The notes: generated from the letters alone by a model not told the origin. A stretch of 36,975 bases of DNA from Reclinomonas americana ATCC 50394 (GCA_048213135.1 PS015250.1:1-36975), one strand, 5' to 3'; numbered from the stretch's first letter, positions 22,201-34,852 are shown. Numbers and translations: made by a program.

Positions 22201-25200
22201 GAAAGAGCTGACGCACCACTTGCTTGGACGAGAGGAGGCTCCCGACTTGCCAGTCATCACCGTGGAAGTGTCCAGTGCATCATCGTGCATGGCGGCACCC
22301 TTGGTGGACCTGCGCGGCTCCGGTGTAATCACTGGCGACGGAATAGCATTCGGCAGTGGTGCCGTGTGGCGTCCGCGAGGCGAAGCACCGGGAGCTGTGC
22401 ACGAAGTCAGGAGGAGGATTGCATCGCGGAACAGAGACACAACTGCACTCACCAGCGAGGAACTTGCCGACGCCGCCAATGTGCTCCGAGTGATCCGTGT
22501 CGGTGTCGTCGACTCCGTACACATTCGGGCCCGTGTACTCGTAGTTGCCCTTGACGTAGCTGGTCTCGTCGCCCTCATCGTCGGATTCCGAGTCGGTGGC
22601 CACATTGATCGGGTGGACCTTGTGGCCGCCCTTGGGCGCCTGCTGCGGCGACGAGTGTCCAACACCACGGCTGTGCTCGCACAGGCGGCGACGCAGCTCG
22701 CGCAACTGAACATCAAGAACGTGTGAGATGCACGACAGTATGCAGTCATCCGCACGTGTTCTTCTCACCTTGGTCGCACGTGCAGCATCCTTGACGGCCT
22801 TGTTGGCGGGACCACCGCCGCCGACCGGCTCCGCCAGGCCGCCAGTCATGCTGGTGATGCCCACCGCCGCAACGACCGTGTTCACTGGCGCATGCTCAAT
22901 GTGTTCGGCCTGCTGCCACAGGCGCGAGGCCTTGATGTCGTCCTTCTCAATGTTGCCGGCAAACTGCACGCAGGAGGAAGATGAGTTTTTTTGTTTCTTC
23001 TCGATCGATCTTGTCACACTGCGGCACGCAACGTTGGCATAGCTGCGCAGCAAGGTTGCGTTCTGCGGGTACTCTTCCAGCAGAGTCGCAAACTCTTGCA
23101 CGCAGAACGTGGTGCGCTTGTCAATCATCGACATGAGCGGCCAGACGGCGGTGATGTTGACGTCCTCTTGCAGAATGTTGCCCCAGAAGCGGCGGTACAA
23201 GAGACTGTGTGCGGGTAGGGGGGAATAGTAAGAAGAGAGAGGGAATAAAGCAAGCAATTGTATAGTGACGAAACTGCAGCTGGTGCATGTTCTTCTCCAG
23301 CACCTTGAGGCGATTGGCGAGCGACGCCGAGGAGCCACCGCTGCCGCCCTCCATGTGCTGCGACATGCGAGCCAGCGCAAAGTGCATGTCCAGCGGCAAC
23401 TTGGTAGGCTCGCCGACATCTGCGAGGGCAAAAGGAGTGAGCACTCCAGAAGAGTATGAGCGGTCANNNNNNNNNNNNNNNNNNNNNNNNNNNNNNNNNN
23501 NNNNNNNNNNNNNNNNNNNNNNNNNNNNNNNNNNNNNNNNNNNNNNNNNNNNNNNNNNNNNNNNNNNNNNNNNNNNNNNNNNNNNNNNNNNNNNNNNNNN
23601 NNNNNNNNNNNNNNNNNNNNNNNNNNNNNNNNNNNNNNNNNNNNNNNNNNNNNNNNNNNNNNNNNNNNNNNNNNNNNNNNNNNNNNNNNNNNNNNNNNNN
23701 NNNNNNNNNNNNNNNNNNNNNNNNNNNNNNNNNNNNNNNNNNNNNNNNNNNNNNNNNNNNNNNNNNNNNNNNNNNNNNNNNNNNNNNNNNNNNNNNNNNN
23801 NNNNNNNNNNNNNNNNNNNNNNNNNNNNNNNNNNNNNNNNNNNNNNNNNNNNNNNNNNNNNNNNNNNNNNNNNNNNTGGAAATAAACACCAACCCTTGAC
23901 GAGCTTGAACACGTGGTGCGAGTTGGCACCGGCCTGCAGCGCCAGCATGGCGTGGCACAGGTGCAAGTACTGCGAGTCGGGGAAGATCGTGACGCCTGTG
24001 TGGTGTGGGAGGGTGAGGCGGAGGGACAGGGAGGGTAACGGAAAGGGATGGGGAGAGGGCAGGGGGGGAGGAGGAGAGGGAGAGGGCAGGGGGAAAGGTA
24101 TGGAGAGAGGGAGAGGGCAGGGGGGAGAGGGAGATGTAGAGGGAGAGGGAGAGGGACAGGGGAGAAGGAGAGGGGGGCGAAGAACAAGAAGAAGAAGAAG
24201 ATGAAGACGAGAGGAGAGGAGAGGGAAAGAGGGCAAAGAGAACATGCTTTTCTTTGACGCCACAGAAAGTAAATGCTCTTCTGTCTCACTAACTCACCAT
24301 ACTGGAACACGGTGAGCGCCCACTCGGTGTAGTCGCGGCCAAAGTAGGAGCGGTAGTTGGAGTTGTAGCGCGACACGATTTCCACGTCAAAGGGCGAATC
24401 GAACGAACGCTGCGCCAGCAGCAGAGTCGACGCGTTGCCCTGCTCGCCCGCCGAGGCGGCCTTCTCTTGCGCCTCCAGGTTGGCCAGCGTATTGAAGAAG
24501 CGATCGTGCATGTTGCGCAGGCGCACAGTGATGATGCGTGGCACCGCGAAACCGCAGATCAACGACAACAACACGAATGTGATACCGGCCGGAACCGAGG
24601 CAGTGCCCTCACCAATGCCCACTGCACAAAGAAAAGGCACGTCAGTCAGAGGGCAAAGATAATAGAGGGCAGATTCTTCTCTTCTNNNNNNNNNNNNNNN
24701 NNNNNNNNNNNNNNNNNNNNNNNNNNNNNNNNNNNNNNNNNNNNNNNNNNNNNNNNNNNNNNNNNNNNNNNNNNNNNNNNNNNNNNNNNNNNNNNNNNNN
24801 NNNNNNNNNNNNNNNNNNNNNNNNNNNNNNNNNNNNNNNNNNNNNNNNNNNNNNNNNNNNNNNNNNNNNNNNNNNNNNNNNNNNNNNNNNNNNNNNNNNN
24901 NNNNNNNNNNNNNNNNNNNNNNNNNNNNNNNNNNNNNNNNNNNNNNNNNNNNNNNNNNNNNNNNNNNNNNNNNNNNNNNNNNNNNNNNNNNNNNNNNNNN
25001 NNNNNNNNNNNNNNNNNNNNNNNNNNNNNNNNNNNNNNNNNNNNNNNNNNNNNNNNNNNNNNNNNNNNNNNNNNNNNNNNNNNNNNNNNNNNNNNNNNNN
25101 NNNNNNNNNNNNNNNNNNNNNNNNNNNNNNNNNNNNNNNNNNNNNNNNNNNNNNNNNNNNNNNNNNNNNNNNNNNNNNNNNNNNNNNNNNNNNNNNNNNN

Positions 25201-27105
25201 NNNNNNNNNNNNNNNNNNNNNNNNNNNNNNNNNNNNNNNNNNNNNNNNNNNNNNNNNNNNNNNNNNNNNNNNNNNNNNNNNNNNNNNNNNNNNNNNNNNN
25301 NNNNNNNNNNNNNNNNNNNNNNNNNNNNNNNNNNNNNNNNNNNNNNNNNNNNNNNNNNNNNNNNNNNNNNNNNNNNNNNNNNNNNNNNNNNNNNNNNNNN
25401 NNNNNNNNNNNNNNNNNNNCTACTCACCAATGAGGCCAGCAACTGCACCCCACATGCACACCATGAGCCACCCGACGGCGGTCTTGTTGAAGTTGACGTT
25501 GAAGAAGGGCATGCGGGTGCACGACATCCACGTAAGGACAGCGATGCTGCCAATGCCGACCACCGAGTGCAACGACGGCAGCCAGCGCGACAGCAGACTG
25601 AGGAAGATCAGCACTGTGCGGATCACCGTCACAAACACCATCCAGCGTGCGGCCAGTGGCCCGCAGCTGAGCTGACGGCGGTTCATGCGGGCTTCGTTGC
25701 AACTGAAAGGGGAGAAGGGGCATAAAAGGGGAAGGGGGTGAGAAGGGGAAGGAAAGGGGGAAAGAGAAAGGGAAAGGGAGTAGGGAGAAGGGGGAAGGGG
25801 GTGAGAAGGGGAAGTAAAGGGGAAGGGGAAGGGAGAAGAGAATGAGAAGGAATGAAAAAAAGGGAAGGGGGAAGAGGAAATTGTGAGAAGACGCTGCTGG
25901 AGGGGGAAAAAGGAGGAAAGAGAAGGAGAAAGGACGGAAAGGGGATGAGAGGAAAGGGATGATGTAGAAAAGAAAGCGGGTGGAAGGGGGCCACGCGAAA
26001 ACCCCCAAGACAGAGAGAGCGAGGGGGGAAGAGAAAGCAAAGCGCCTGAGAGGGAGATCTAAAGGGAAGAACATGAGAAACCGAAAGAACACGGAGTTCT
26101 GCGAGAAGAGAAGACACGCGGGGAAGAGAAAGAAAGAGAGAGAGAGAGAGCATGAGTGAGTCATAATAATGAGAAGGGACATGAGAGTGAAAGAAGGAGA
26201 AGACGAATGGAGGATGACAGTCGGAAGCGAAGATGATCTGAGCAACGGAGACGAATGAACAAAGCACCCGAAAAAGATAGAAAAGGAAGGCAAGAAAAGA
26301 TGAGATGAATGCAAGGGACACGACACGCAAACTGTGGAGGAAACTAACTGCTGTTCTCCCTCCCGCTCCCTGCTCTCCGCCAAAACGCACCCGTAAGCGC
26401 AGATAATGGACACCGCCGAAACAAAGGTGGCGAGCAGGAGGCCCACCACACCCTTGATCATGTTGTACGCAGTGCTGCAGTCTTCGCCCTCGGCCACCGT
26501 CCGCTGTCCAAGGCGAATGCGATTCACACCCTGCGAGTCTGCATCGGTCTCGCACATAAACGGCGTAATCAACGCCAGTGCCACCGGCACTTGCAGCACC
26601 GAGAACAGCAGGAAGCCGTGCCCGTTGATGTAGCCCATGGCGAGGCGATTGAGGCGCGGCAAGCGGATCCGCGCAAAGTGCGTCGTAAGCGTCACAATCA
26701 CCGCAATCATCAGCAGCAGCGCATACACCGCCGCCACCACATATGCAATCGCATCGCTCAACACCGATCCGCTAATCGTCGGCACTAGCGATGCCGGAAT
26801 GAAGATCGCTCGCACGACAATGCTCGGGATCCCGCCCTGCGTATATATACCGCGGATCAATCGATTGATGACCGTTACGTGTACAAGCGGCAATCAGTCA
26901 AACTCACCCACAAAAAGTAGGGGTTGAGTGTGAGCGCGAGGAGCTGCCAGGCGGCCCAGAACAGCAGCACGCCCTCCCAGAATCTGTTGCTGCAACGTTG
27001 CAACGGTCGCGCGTTCTCCAATAGTCCAATAAAGTAGTCACGGATGGCTGACTCGCTGCCGCGGTCCTGATCGCCATTCTCGTTGGCCTCATCGACGTTG
27101 TCCAT
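16234..27105 (-). CDS. TmcB/TmcC-like multipass membrane protein with three PAS domains and a class III nucleotide cyclase domain (many exons, four gaps)
   Basis: N-terminal TM bundle; helical TPR-like region (FPDSQYLHL; RRFWGNIL; LLEEYPQNATLLRSYANFAGNIEKDDIKASRLWQQAEHIE); two further TM-loop-TM units (LFFAVPK; MLLQLPPE); three PAS repeats at ~19510-17760; cyclase start VTVFASDVVNFTRIS; last exon ends at TGA 16234. The start codon is uncertain and the TmcB label is from motif recall. Confidence 0.82.
16843..17283 (+). CDS. Two cyclase-core exons (16843-17123, 17192-17283) of the minus-strand PAS-cyclase gene, on an inverted contig
   Basis: IRIKLIGDAYIAVAGL...IQIRVGVHTGPLVSAVVG...FELYGEALERAVKMEETSAPGRVHLT. 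Flanked by N-gaps; the phase-2 acceptor matches the phase-2 donor at 17452(-). Confidence 0.9.
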
Positions 27106-27971
27106 GGTCGCTGTCAGCGCGTCATTTTCACTCTGCGGGTACCCTTGACTGATGCACACAAAAGACAAGTAAAGTCAGTGTCGGTGTGTTCGTAACCACA
27201 CTCTCTCTCTCACACAAAGGAAAACACCCTTTGCTCTGTTTCCACTATCGACCACTTGTGTGCAACTCTCTTCTCTCTCTCTCTCACTCTCTCTTTCCCT
27301 CTGTGTGTGCTCACCTGGGTTCACGCGCGACAGGATTCGCCTTCTCCATTTTCTTTCTGTTCCTTTTTCAGTTCACACACTTGGTGCACACACACGCGCG
27401 CTCTCTTTTTCTTCTCTCACACTCTTGTGCGTGTGTGTGAGCGCGTACAGTCTACCAGTCAGTGTGCGACTGGGTGTGTGTGTGTGTGTTTTCTTTTTTC
27501 TCAAGTGATTGAGTGATCTTCTCTCACACGAATCACGACGATAATGAAAAACCGAACGCTGCAACGGTCAATTGCTGTAATTGGGATCTTGCGACGCCAA
27601 GGCATGTAGCACCCCTTTCTGCAATACGCACATGCATGCCTCCACTCTCTGTTGCAATTGCGAGGATACAGGCGAGCGCACTTGCTCTCGGCGCTGTGCC
27701 GAGTCAAATACCACGTCGGTTTTCGATTGAGAATGCATCGATTGGCGGCTTTTCATTCGCACGCGCTTTGTTCTGCCAAGCACAGGACGACCGGCCATGA
27801 TTGGGCGCGGATGGTCGTCGCACTTTCGCGCGTTGCTGCGACGCTGTCTGGCGTGGAACTCCGCCACTGATGCGTGTTCGGATACACACAACGGGCGGCT
27901 GTTACGCTGACGCTGCTCCCTCGAATCATTCCGTCAACGGCCCGATGGCATGAATGTGCATGTCCGGTGCA

Positions 27972-30844
27972 TCAGTCACGCTCGGGCACGTCCGTCACCA
28001 AGTAAAACAGCTGCGCATGGAAATTGGTGCAGTGAGGTGTGAGTGGCCAGCTAATCACATCAAAACTAAGAGTTTCCGGCTCGAACGCACCGACGTGAGG
28101 CCAACAGCGGTGAATCGACCGAGCAGCTGGCGTGGAAAGAGGGGAGAAGAAGAGAGGAACGGGAAGAGAGCGACACGAGCGCACGAATGAGCATTCGGTG
28201 CGCTCTCAGATGCAGGGGAGAGCCATGAAACGAGAAAGCATCTCCCAAATAGGCGAAATCGCCCAAAACGGCGAGTATATTTCTTACCTGAGCAAAGTCC
28301 TCGTCTGTTTCGAAGAAAGGCCGCGGAAGCACGCTCTCCTCCACCGGCTCCTCCGTTATCACCGACATTTTTTGCCTGCCACACGAAACACGCGCAGGTG
28401 AGAAGCGGTGAACAGGAGAGAGAGAGAGAGACATCAATACAGGCACCAGCTAAGCCCGCGCAAGTCGGTGACGTACTGGCGCACTTCCTCGGCCAGTCCC
28501 TCGGCCACCAGCACGCCCGGTTTACCGTGGCGGCTGAACCCCGCCAGGTCGAACCGGCGTGCCCAGTTGACGATACACGCCCGTTTCTGAGTTGAATAAA
28601 TGTGGTGGAAACGGATGGAAACACGGAGGAGTGCTGGCGAGGAAGGCGGGGAGGCGGGGGAGGCGGGAGAGGAGGAGGAGGAGGCGGAGGCGGCCACAGC
28701 GGATTTCTCGGTATCGCACTGTTCCTGTGGAGATGCAAAGAGAATATGGTATAAGTGTATTCGGTGATACAGCTGCAGGAGTTTGAATGACGGAGAGAGG
28801 GAGAGGAGAGGGGAGGGAGGTGGGGGTGGATACCGCCGTGACGTTCAGATGAGGCCGCGTGTTTTTCACATTCTCTCAGCCAATATGAAAAAAACGGTAA
28901 CAGAGTGGGGGGTCCAGCCGGTGAGAATGCGGCCAGAAGTAACGACAGGCCGGTACCAAAACTCAGATCCGGAATCGTGAGGGGCGAGAGGAGGAGAGAA
29001 AGACAGAGAAGGGGACAGAAGGTGGGCTGCCGAGAAGCGCAGGAGGCGAATAGAAGGAAGAAGGAGAAGACCGATTCCATCAACGACGGCGACTAAGAAG
29101 AGTAGCACACACTGCGGCAAAGAGACGAGTGGGTAGACAGGAAAGACCACGTGTCAACAACGAAAGAGGCACAGGGGACCAGCAGACACTCGGAGGTGGA
29201 TTGACCGAGGCTAGAAGAGACGAGTAAAAGCAGAGACCGATTCCTTCGACGAAACGACAAAGAGGACAAGAGACGAGCAAGCAGGAAAAGATCAAAGTCT
29301 TCAGCACAAGCGACAAATGAGCACCAGCATGCACTTGGAGGGTGGGTTGGGCGTGGCAAGCAAGCAAAGACCATGTGCCTTCAGAAAACGATATCGAGGA
29401 CGTGCAGACACTTGAGGGCGGAGAGACAGGAGACGAGCAAGCAGAAGGAGACCAATGACTCCAACGACAGAGACTGAGGGCCCGAGAGGCAAGAGACGAG
29501 CAAGCAGAGAGAGACTCCGTGCCTCCATACGAAAGACAAAGAGGAGAAGCAGATACTCGCGTTCGCAAGCAGAAACACCCATGCATCCACTCGAGGGTGG
29601 ATTGGCCTCGAAACAAGAGACGCGGAGGCATGCAGGAATGGACGCCGTGCCTCCAAACGAAAGCGATGAACAAAGTCCAGCAGACACTCGAGGGCGGAGA
29701 GACAGGGGACGATCAAGCAGGAAAGACCAGTGACATACAAATGAGACTGAAGAGGACCATCGAGAGGCAAGAGACGAGCAAGCAGAGGTGACCCCGTGCC
29801 TCCAATGAGGACCAGCAAATACTCGCGGGTGCACCAAGAGACCATGAATCCACTCGATGGTGTATTGGCCCCGAAGCAAGAGACGCGGATGCATGCAGGA
29901 ATGGACGCCGTGCCTCCAAACGAAAGCGATGAACAAAGTCCAGCAGACACTCGAGGGCGGAGAGACAGGGGACGAGCAAGCAGAAGGAGACCAATGACTC
30001 CAACGACAGAGACTGAGGACCATCGAGAGGCAAGAGACGAGCAAGCAGAAGAGACTCTGTGCCTCCAAACGAAAGACAACGAGGAGAAGCAGATACTCGC
30101 GGGTGCACCAAGAGACCATGAATCCACTCGATGGTGGATTGGCCCCGAAACAAGAGACGAGGAGGCATGGACCCCGCTTCCAAATGAAAGCGATGAAAGA
30201 AGTCCAGCATGCAGCAGAGGCTCCAGAGAGTTGGCCCCCAAACACGTGACAAGAAAGCAGGCAGGAAAAGTCCATGTGCCACGACCACAACTTGCAATCG
30301 CTCAGAAGCTGAGACAAGCAGAATGCCAGTCTCTCCCACATAGCACTCACCACCATAAACTGCACGGCTTCCAGTGTACACGGTTCACCAGTCACAAACA
30401 TGCTGCTCAACAGCCGCTCCACCATGACTGCATTCAAGCGATCCCGACTGCGACTGCTCAGCTGCTGCTGTGAGGCCTTTGCTGTCTCCCCAATCAGAGT
30501 GATGGACGGAGGAGCAGTGAGAGGGTAGGTCGACGGCCACACGATTTGCAAGCGATCTGTGAGGTGTTGATTGATAAGTGATAGAATGTGTGTATGTGTG
30601 AGACAGAGTGATGCACGCAACAGGTGACACTGGGGTGCTCTGCAGAGGCTGCGTCCAGCGAGAAACGACACGGGCGATTGTCGTGCAGTGCCTGTGTGTG
30701 TGCTGAGTGTGTGAGAGCACAGTGAGTGGAAAGAGAGTGTGTGTGCTTGTGCACCTGTGTGGCATCGCTGTCTATGTGTAGCTCGTCGGCGTAGACGGCT
30801 TGCAGTACTTGCAGCTCGTCTAGTCGGTCGTTGTGTTGGCTCAT
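27972..30844 (-). CDS. RWDD2: RWD domain + DUF1115 protein (RWDD2A/B-like), ~7 exons
   Basis: DELQVLQAVY; WPSTYPLTAPP (RWD YPxxxP); FHHIYSTQKRACIVNWARRFDLAGFSRHGKPGVLVAEG...LRGLSWQ. The last two small exons (LLGRFTAVGLTS, LFYLVTDVPERD*) are inferred. Confidence 0.88.
29150..30210. repeat. Complex modular minisatellite in the 1.6-kb RWDD2 intron (28725-30350)
   Basis: Recurring core GAGACGAGCAAGCAG and blocks repeated almost exactly (29630-29712 vs 29893-29975; 29423-29478 vs 29963-30018). Confidence 0.9.
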
Positions 30845-31167
30845 TGGCGATGGAGTGACGGAGTAAGTTATGTGTCCTTCGAGGACGCTTCCACAACCTG
30901 AGGTGGTCAAGACAACTAACCTCCTACCTTTCCTTGCCAAGCCATCAGGGAAGACAGGAGGTCAAGGTTTGCCTGAACCGTGGCATACATCCGCAACACA
31001 CTCTCTAGCGACCTCACTGCGTCCATGTTCCTCTCCATCGAGCTCCACTTGGTAACCTCTGCCCCTCACGCTTTCACCCTACAAAGGTCGACACCGCTAT
31101 TCCACCTATCGCTTTGCCCCCATCCTCTGTGACATGCCCAGCTTGTTGCTGCGTTAATTAATAATGA

Positions 31168-32433
31168 TCATACATGGTGACTGCCGGGACCGGCCAGCGC
31201 CACCATTTCCGTGTGCCCCTGCGGAAGATCATCTGGGTCAGCACGTGATTCACGCATGTGCGTGCGTGTGCGACACTCATCCACGCAACTTGCTCGTGAT
31301 AAAGCTTTCGTCGCACATCCTGCTGCAGCGACACGTAGTGCGCAATGGCCAACGAAATGATGCCGGCCGCGTACAGAACGCCAATGAGCTGCTCGAACAT
31401 GACAAAGGCTGGCGAGTTCGGGAAAAGGTTAGGAAGAGCGATCATGCGCTGGAGGGAGATGAACGAAACTCAGCGCAGGGAACGATCCGTAGTTGGGCGA
31501 TACATCTCCGTAGCCTGCGACGAGAGTGTGAGCGACGTTACCGAGGGGGACGGAGAGCAAAACAACGCAAACCGACGCCGGTACAAGTGGTGCACTGCGA
31601 AGAGTGCAGCAGTCAGCATCCGTTGTGTCACACGAGCACAAACGAAGACGAACCGAAAAGTACAAGAAATAGTAAAAATGATGCATCAGCAGCGGAGAGG
31701 AATCGTCAGGCAGACCCGGCGTGTTGAAGGCCATGCGATTGTATGAGTGACTGAGCACGCACACAGCGTATGGGTCAAACACACAAATCACACCGTCGTT
31801 TGCTGAGGTGACTGACGTACATGGACAGGTAGACACCAGCAAAAAGCACAATGGTGGACAAGTACAACTGAAGAATGGTCCACAGGCTCACGTTGCGCTT
31901 GCGGAAGAGTCGCGCGGCACGCACGGTCATTAATATCACGACGATGAACAAGACGGCCTGTGCAACGATTTGCGGTAAGCATCGAGAGAGAACAGAGAGA
32001 AGGAGAAGGTAGCAACCTCGGCCAGGATGACGAAGACAAAGCCGGTGGTGCTAAGAGTGTTGCTGCCCGTGTCGACGTTGGTTGACCACAGAATGATGTT
32101 GACGATGAGCTGTGCAATAGAGGAAAGGGGGTGGGAAGGGGGGTGAGGGGGAGAGGGAAGAAACAGAGGGAAGGAAGGAGACAGAAGGCGAGAAGCAGTC
32201 GGGGATGGGAGCGCAGGATTCACAGGAGTCAAACTGCACCGCAACCAACCTGCCAGATGCACACAATCAAGAGCATCCATGCTGTGAAGCAAACGCACAT
32301 GAGCACGGTAATCAACTCGTTGACTTCTCGCAGGGAAACGTACTCAACGATCCAATCGCGCGGCAAACGTCGGCTTTTCATGTCGCTTGAACTCAGCCTG
32401 CGCATACAACACTGGCGGTGGCGGCGCCGACAT
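31168..32433 (-). CDS. Small potassium-channel-family protein (Ion_trans_2-type pore with extra N-terminal TM helices), ~9 short exons
   Basis: Spliced product reads MSAPPPP...LYLSTIVLFAGVYLSIHSYNRMAF...FYYFLYFS|CTTCTGV|GYGDVSP...FVMFEQLIGVLYAAGIISLAI, i.e. outer helix, pore helix, GYG filter and inner helix. The stop is at 31168 or 31158 depending on the last acceptor. Confidence 0.82.
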
Positions 32434-32689
32434 GCTCGACAGCCCGCCACCAGCGCTCGCAGTGAGAGTGTCGTTGAAACGACTGTAGGGCTACAGCGCA
32501 AAGGGGGGAATGAGAACTGAGCACGGAAAGAGACGAGAGAACAAAGGCAAGGGTCGAATGAAAGAGGTACAATGTGAGTGGGTACCAAAGACAGAGAACA
32601 GGAGGAGCGATGCGTGGCTGTGCAAATCGGGGAGAGTGGCGAGAGAGACAGGTGGATGAGTGTGGTGCTGAAGGAAGCGATGGGATCCT

Positions 32690-33560
32690 CAACTCCTCGT
32701 CTCTCCGTGAGAGAATGAAGACAACCGACAAGCAGAAGAGAGGAGCACGCAGAAGCACGCCGAAGGAAGAGAGCAGGATGCGATCAAAGGCCCTCTCTCT
32801 CATTCCCTGCAAAAGCTCAGGAAGACTGCTATTGGTGGCGCAACGGAGCCAGGAGACGAGTGCAAGGGAAGTGGATGACAGTGCATGCTGAGCGGATCCT
32901 CGTCTCTCCCTCCNNNNNNNNNNNNNNNNNNNNNNNNNNNNNNNNNNNNNNNNNNNNNNNNNNNNNNNNNNNNNNNNNNNNNNNNNNNNNNNNNNNNNNN
33001 NNNNNNNNNNNNNNNNNNNNNNNNNNNNNNNNNNNNNNNNNNNNNNNNNNNNNNNNNNNNNNNNNNNNNNNNNNNNNNNNNNNNNNNNNNNNNNNNNNNN
33101 NNNNNNNNNNNNNNNNNNNNNNNNNNNNNNNNNNNNNNNNNNNNNNNNNNNNNNNNNNNNNNNNNNNNNNNNNNNNNNNNNNNNNNNNNNNNNNNNNNNN
33201 NNNNNNNNNNNNNNNNNNNNNNNNNNNNNNNNNNNNNNNNNNNNNNNNNNNNNNNNNNNNNNNNNNNNNNNNNNNNNNNNNNNNNNNNNNNNNNNNNNNN
33301 NNNNNNNNNNNNNNNNNNNNNNNNNNNNNNNNNNNNNNNNNNNNNNNNNNNNNNNNNNNNNNNNNNNNNNNNTTGTGTGACAGAACGAAGACAAGAAAGA
33401 GAGGATGAGAGTTGCACGATGAAGAGAGCGGATGCACGCAATCAGATGCTCATCTCTCTGTGAGAGAAAGAAAGCAAGGGACGAGCAGAAGAGAACAGTA
33501 TGCGATCAAAGGCAACTCTCTCATTCCCTGCAAACGCTGGGGAAGACTGCTTCCACGAAG
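32690..33560. repeat. Degenerate direct repeats flanking the gap in the divergent intergenic region
   Basis: ATGCGATCAAAGGC..CTCTCTCATTCCCTGCAAA.GCT..GGAAGACTGCT at ~32778 and ~33500. Confidence 0.7.
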
Positions 33561-33759
33561 AAAGCGATCGCAATGCCATCAGAAAGCGATCACCTCTGCA
33601 ACACTGACACGCGATCGCACTCACAAGCGATCGCCTCTCCTCTCTCTCTCTCTCTCTCCCATTCCTCACACACTCACCGGCGCCTCCATGCTTCTCACAC
33701 ACACAGAGACAATATCTGCGCGACAAGTCCCACACGGACATCGGTATCTACGTAATCCA

Positions 33760-34813
33760 ATGGGCTGCGGCGCCTCGATCGCCCCACCCGCGCCTCCCCG
33801 CATGCACATCACGCACACACTCCTCCACCACCGCGACGCGCCCATCACCACACTCACCACCTCGCCCGCTCTCCCGCCCACACCCACCGCCGACACGCAA
33901 CTGCTCGCCATCGCCGCCTCCTCCGGCACTCTCCTCTACATTTGGCACGTGAGCAGCAGTGCATGTGAGCAGCTGGGCGAGGTGTTCATGCAGGCACCGA
34001 TCAAGGCGTGCGCCTTTGTGCCGACTGATGCCACGCGACTGGTGGTGTTGTTGGGTGGTGACTCCACCGTGCAGTTGTGGGATCTGTGGCCGATGGTGGT
34101 GCGACAGAGACGCGTGGAGGTGCCGGAGTGGAGCCGGTCGTTGGAGTATTTGCATTGTGAGGAGGTGACGGTCATGGCGGTGGTGGCGTCGGGACGGTGT
34201 GTCGTGGTTGGTGCAGGTGGAGATGGCGTGTTGAGTTGTGTGGGCGAGTGGGTGGTGCGTGCGGCGCATGTTGGTGGTGTGGGCGCGGTGGCGGTGACGC
34301 CGGATGAGCGGTGGGTGGTCAGTGGAGGCCGGAGGGATCGGAGAGTGGTGGTGTGGACGTTGGAGACGGGTGCGGTGGTGAATGTGCTGGTGCCGGGGGT
34401 GGGTCGCTCGGTGCGGTCAATGGTGGCGTGTGAGGGTGGGGAACTGGTGGTGACGGGGCATGGTAAGGGATTGGTGGCGCTGTGGTCGTTGGCGAGTGGT
34501 GGTCTGCGTGCCGTGCTCAAGGCGCATGCGAGGACGGTGGATGCGGTGGCGGTGTCGCGTGATTGCTCGCTGTTGGTGACCAGTGGGCGAGGTGGGTGAT
34601 GGTGGCTTGTGGCGATGATGCTTTTTCGCTGCTGACTCTTTGCCTGTCGCACAGATGGGCGTGTCACGGTGTGGCATTTGCAAGACACGGACAACAATCG
34701 GCCAGTGGCGATGCTGGAGGGCCACGAGGGTCCCGTGTTTGGCGTGGCGGTGCTGTTGGATGGGCGCGTGGTGACCGGTGGAGTGGATGGGCTGGTGCGC
34801 CTGTGGGAGAGAG
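33760..34813 (+). CDS. WD40-repeat protein, 5' exons (33760-34591, 34655-34813) with N-terminal MGCGAS acylation motif
   Basis: AHVGGVGAVAVTPDERWVVSGG..VVVW; AHARTVDAVAVS; EGHEGPVFGVAV..DGLVRLWE. Ends at a phase-1 donor before a gap. Confidence 0.85.
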
Positions 34814-34848
34814 GTGAGAAAAGGAGGAGGGAGGAGGGAGGAGAGAGG

Positions 34849-34852
<4 letters not shown>

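Noticed and set aside
29150-30210. Possible CRISPR-like array (repeats with hairpins)
   Set aside because: The intervening segments are themselves repeated, spacing is irregular, no cas genes are present and the context is a eukaryotic intron.
29080-30381. Several long overlapping ORFs on both strands in the repeat
   Set aside because: They lie inside a well-bounded RWDD2 intron; biased repeat composition explains the lack of stops, and no domain is recognisable.
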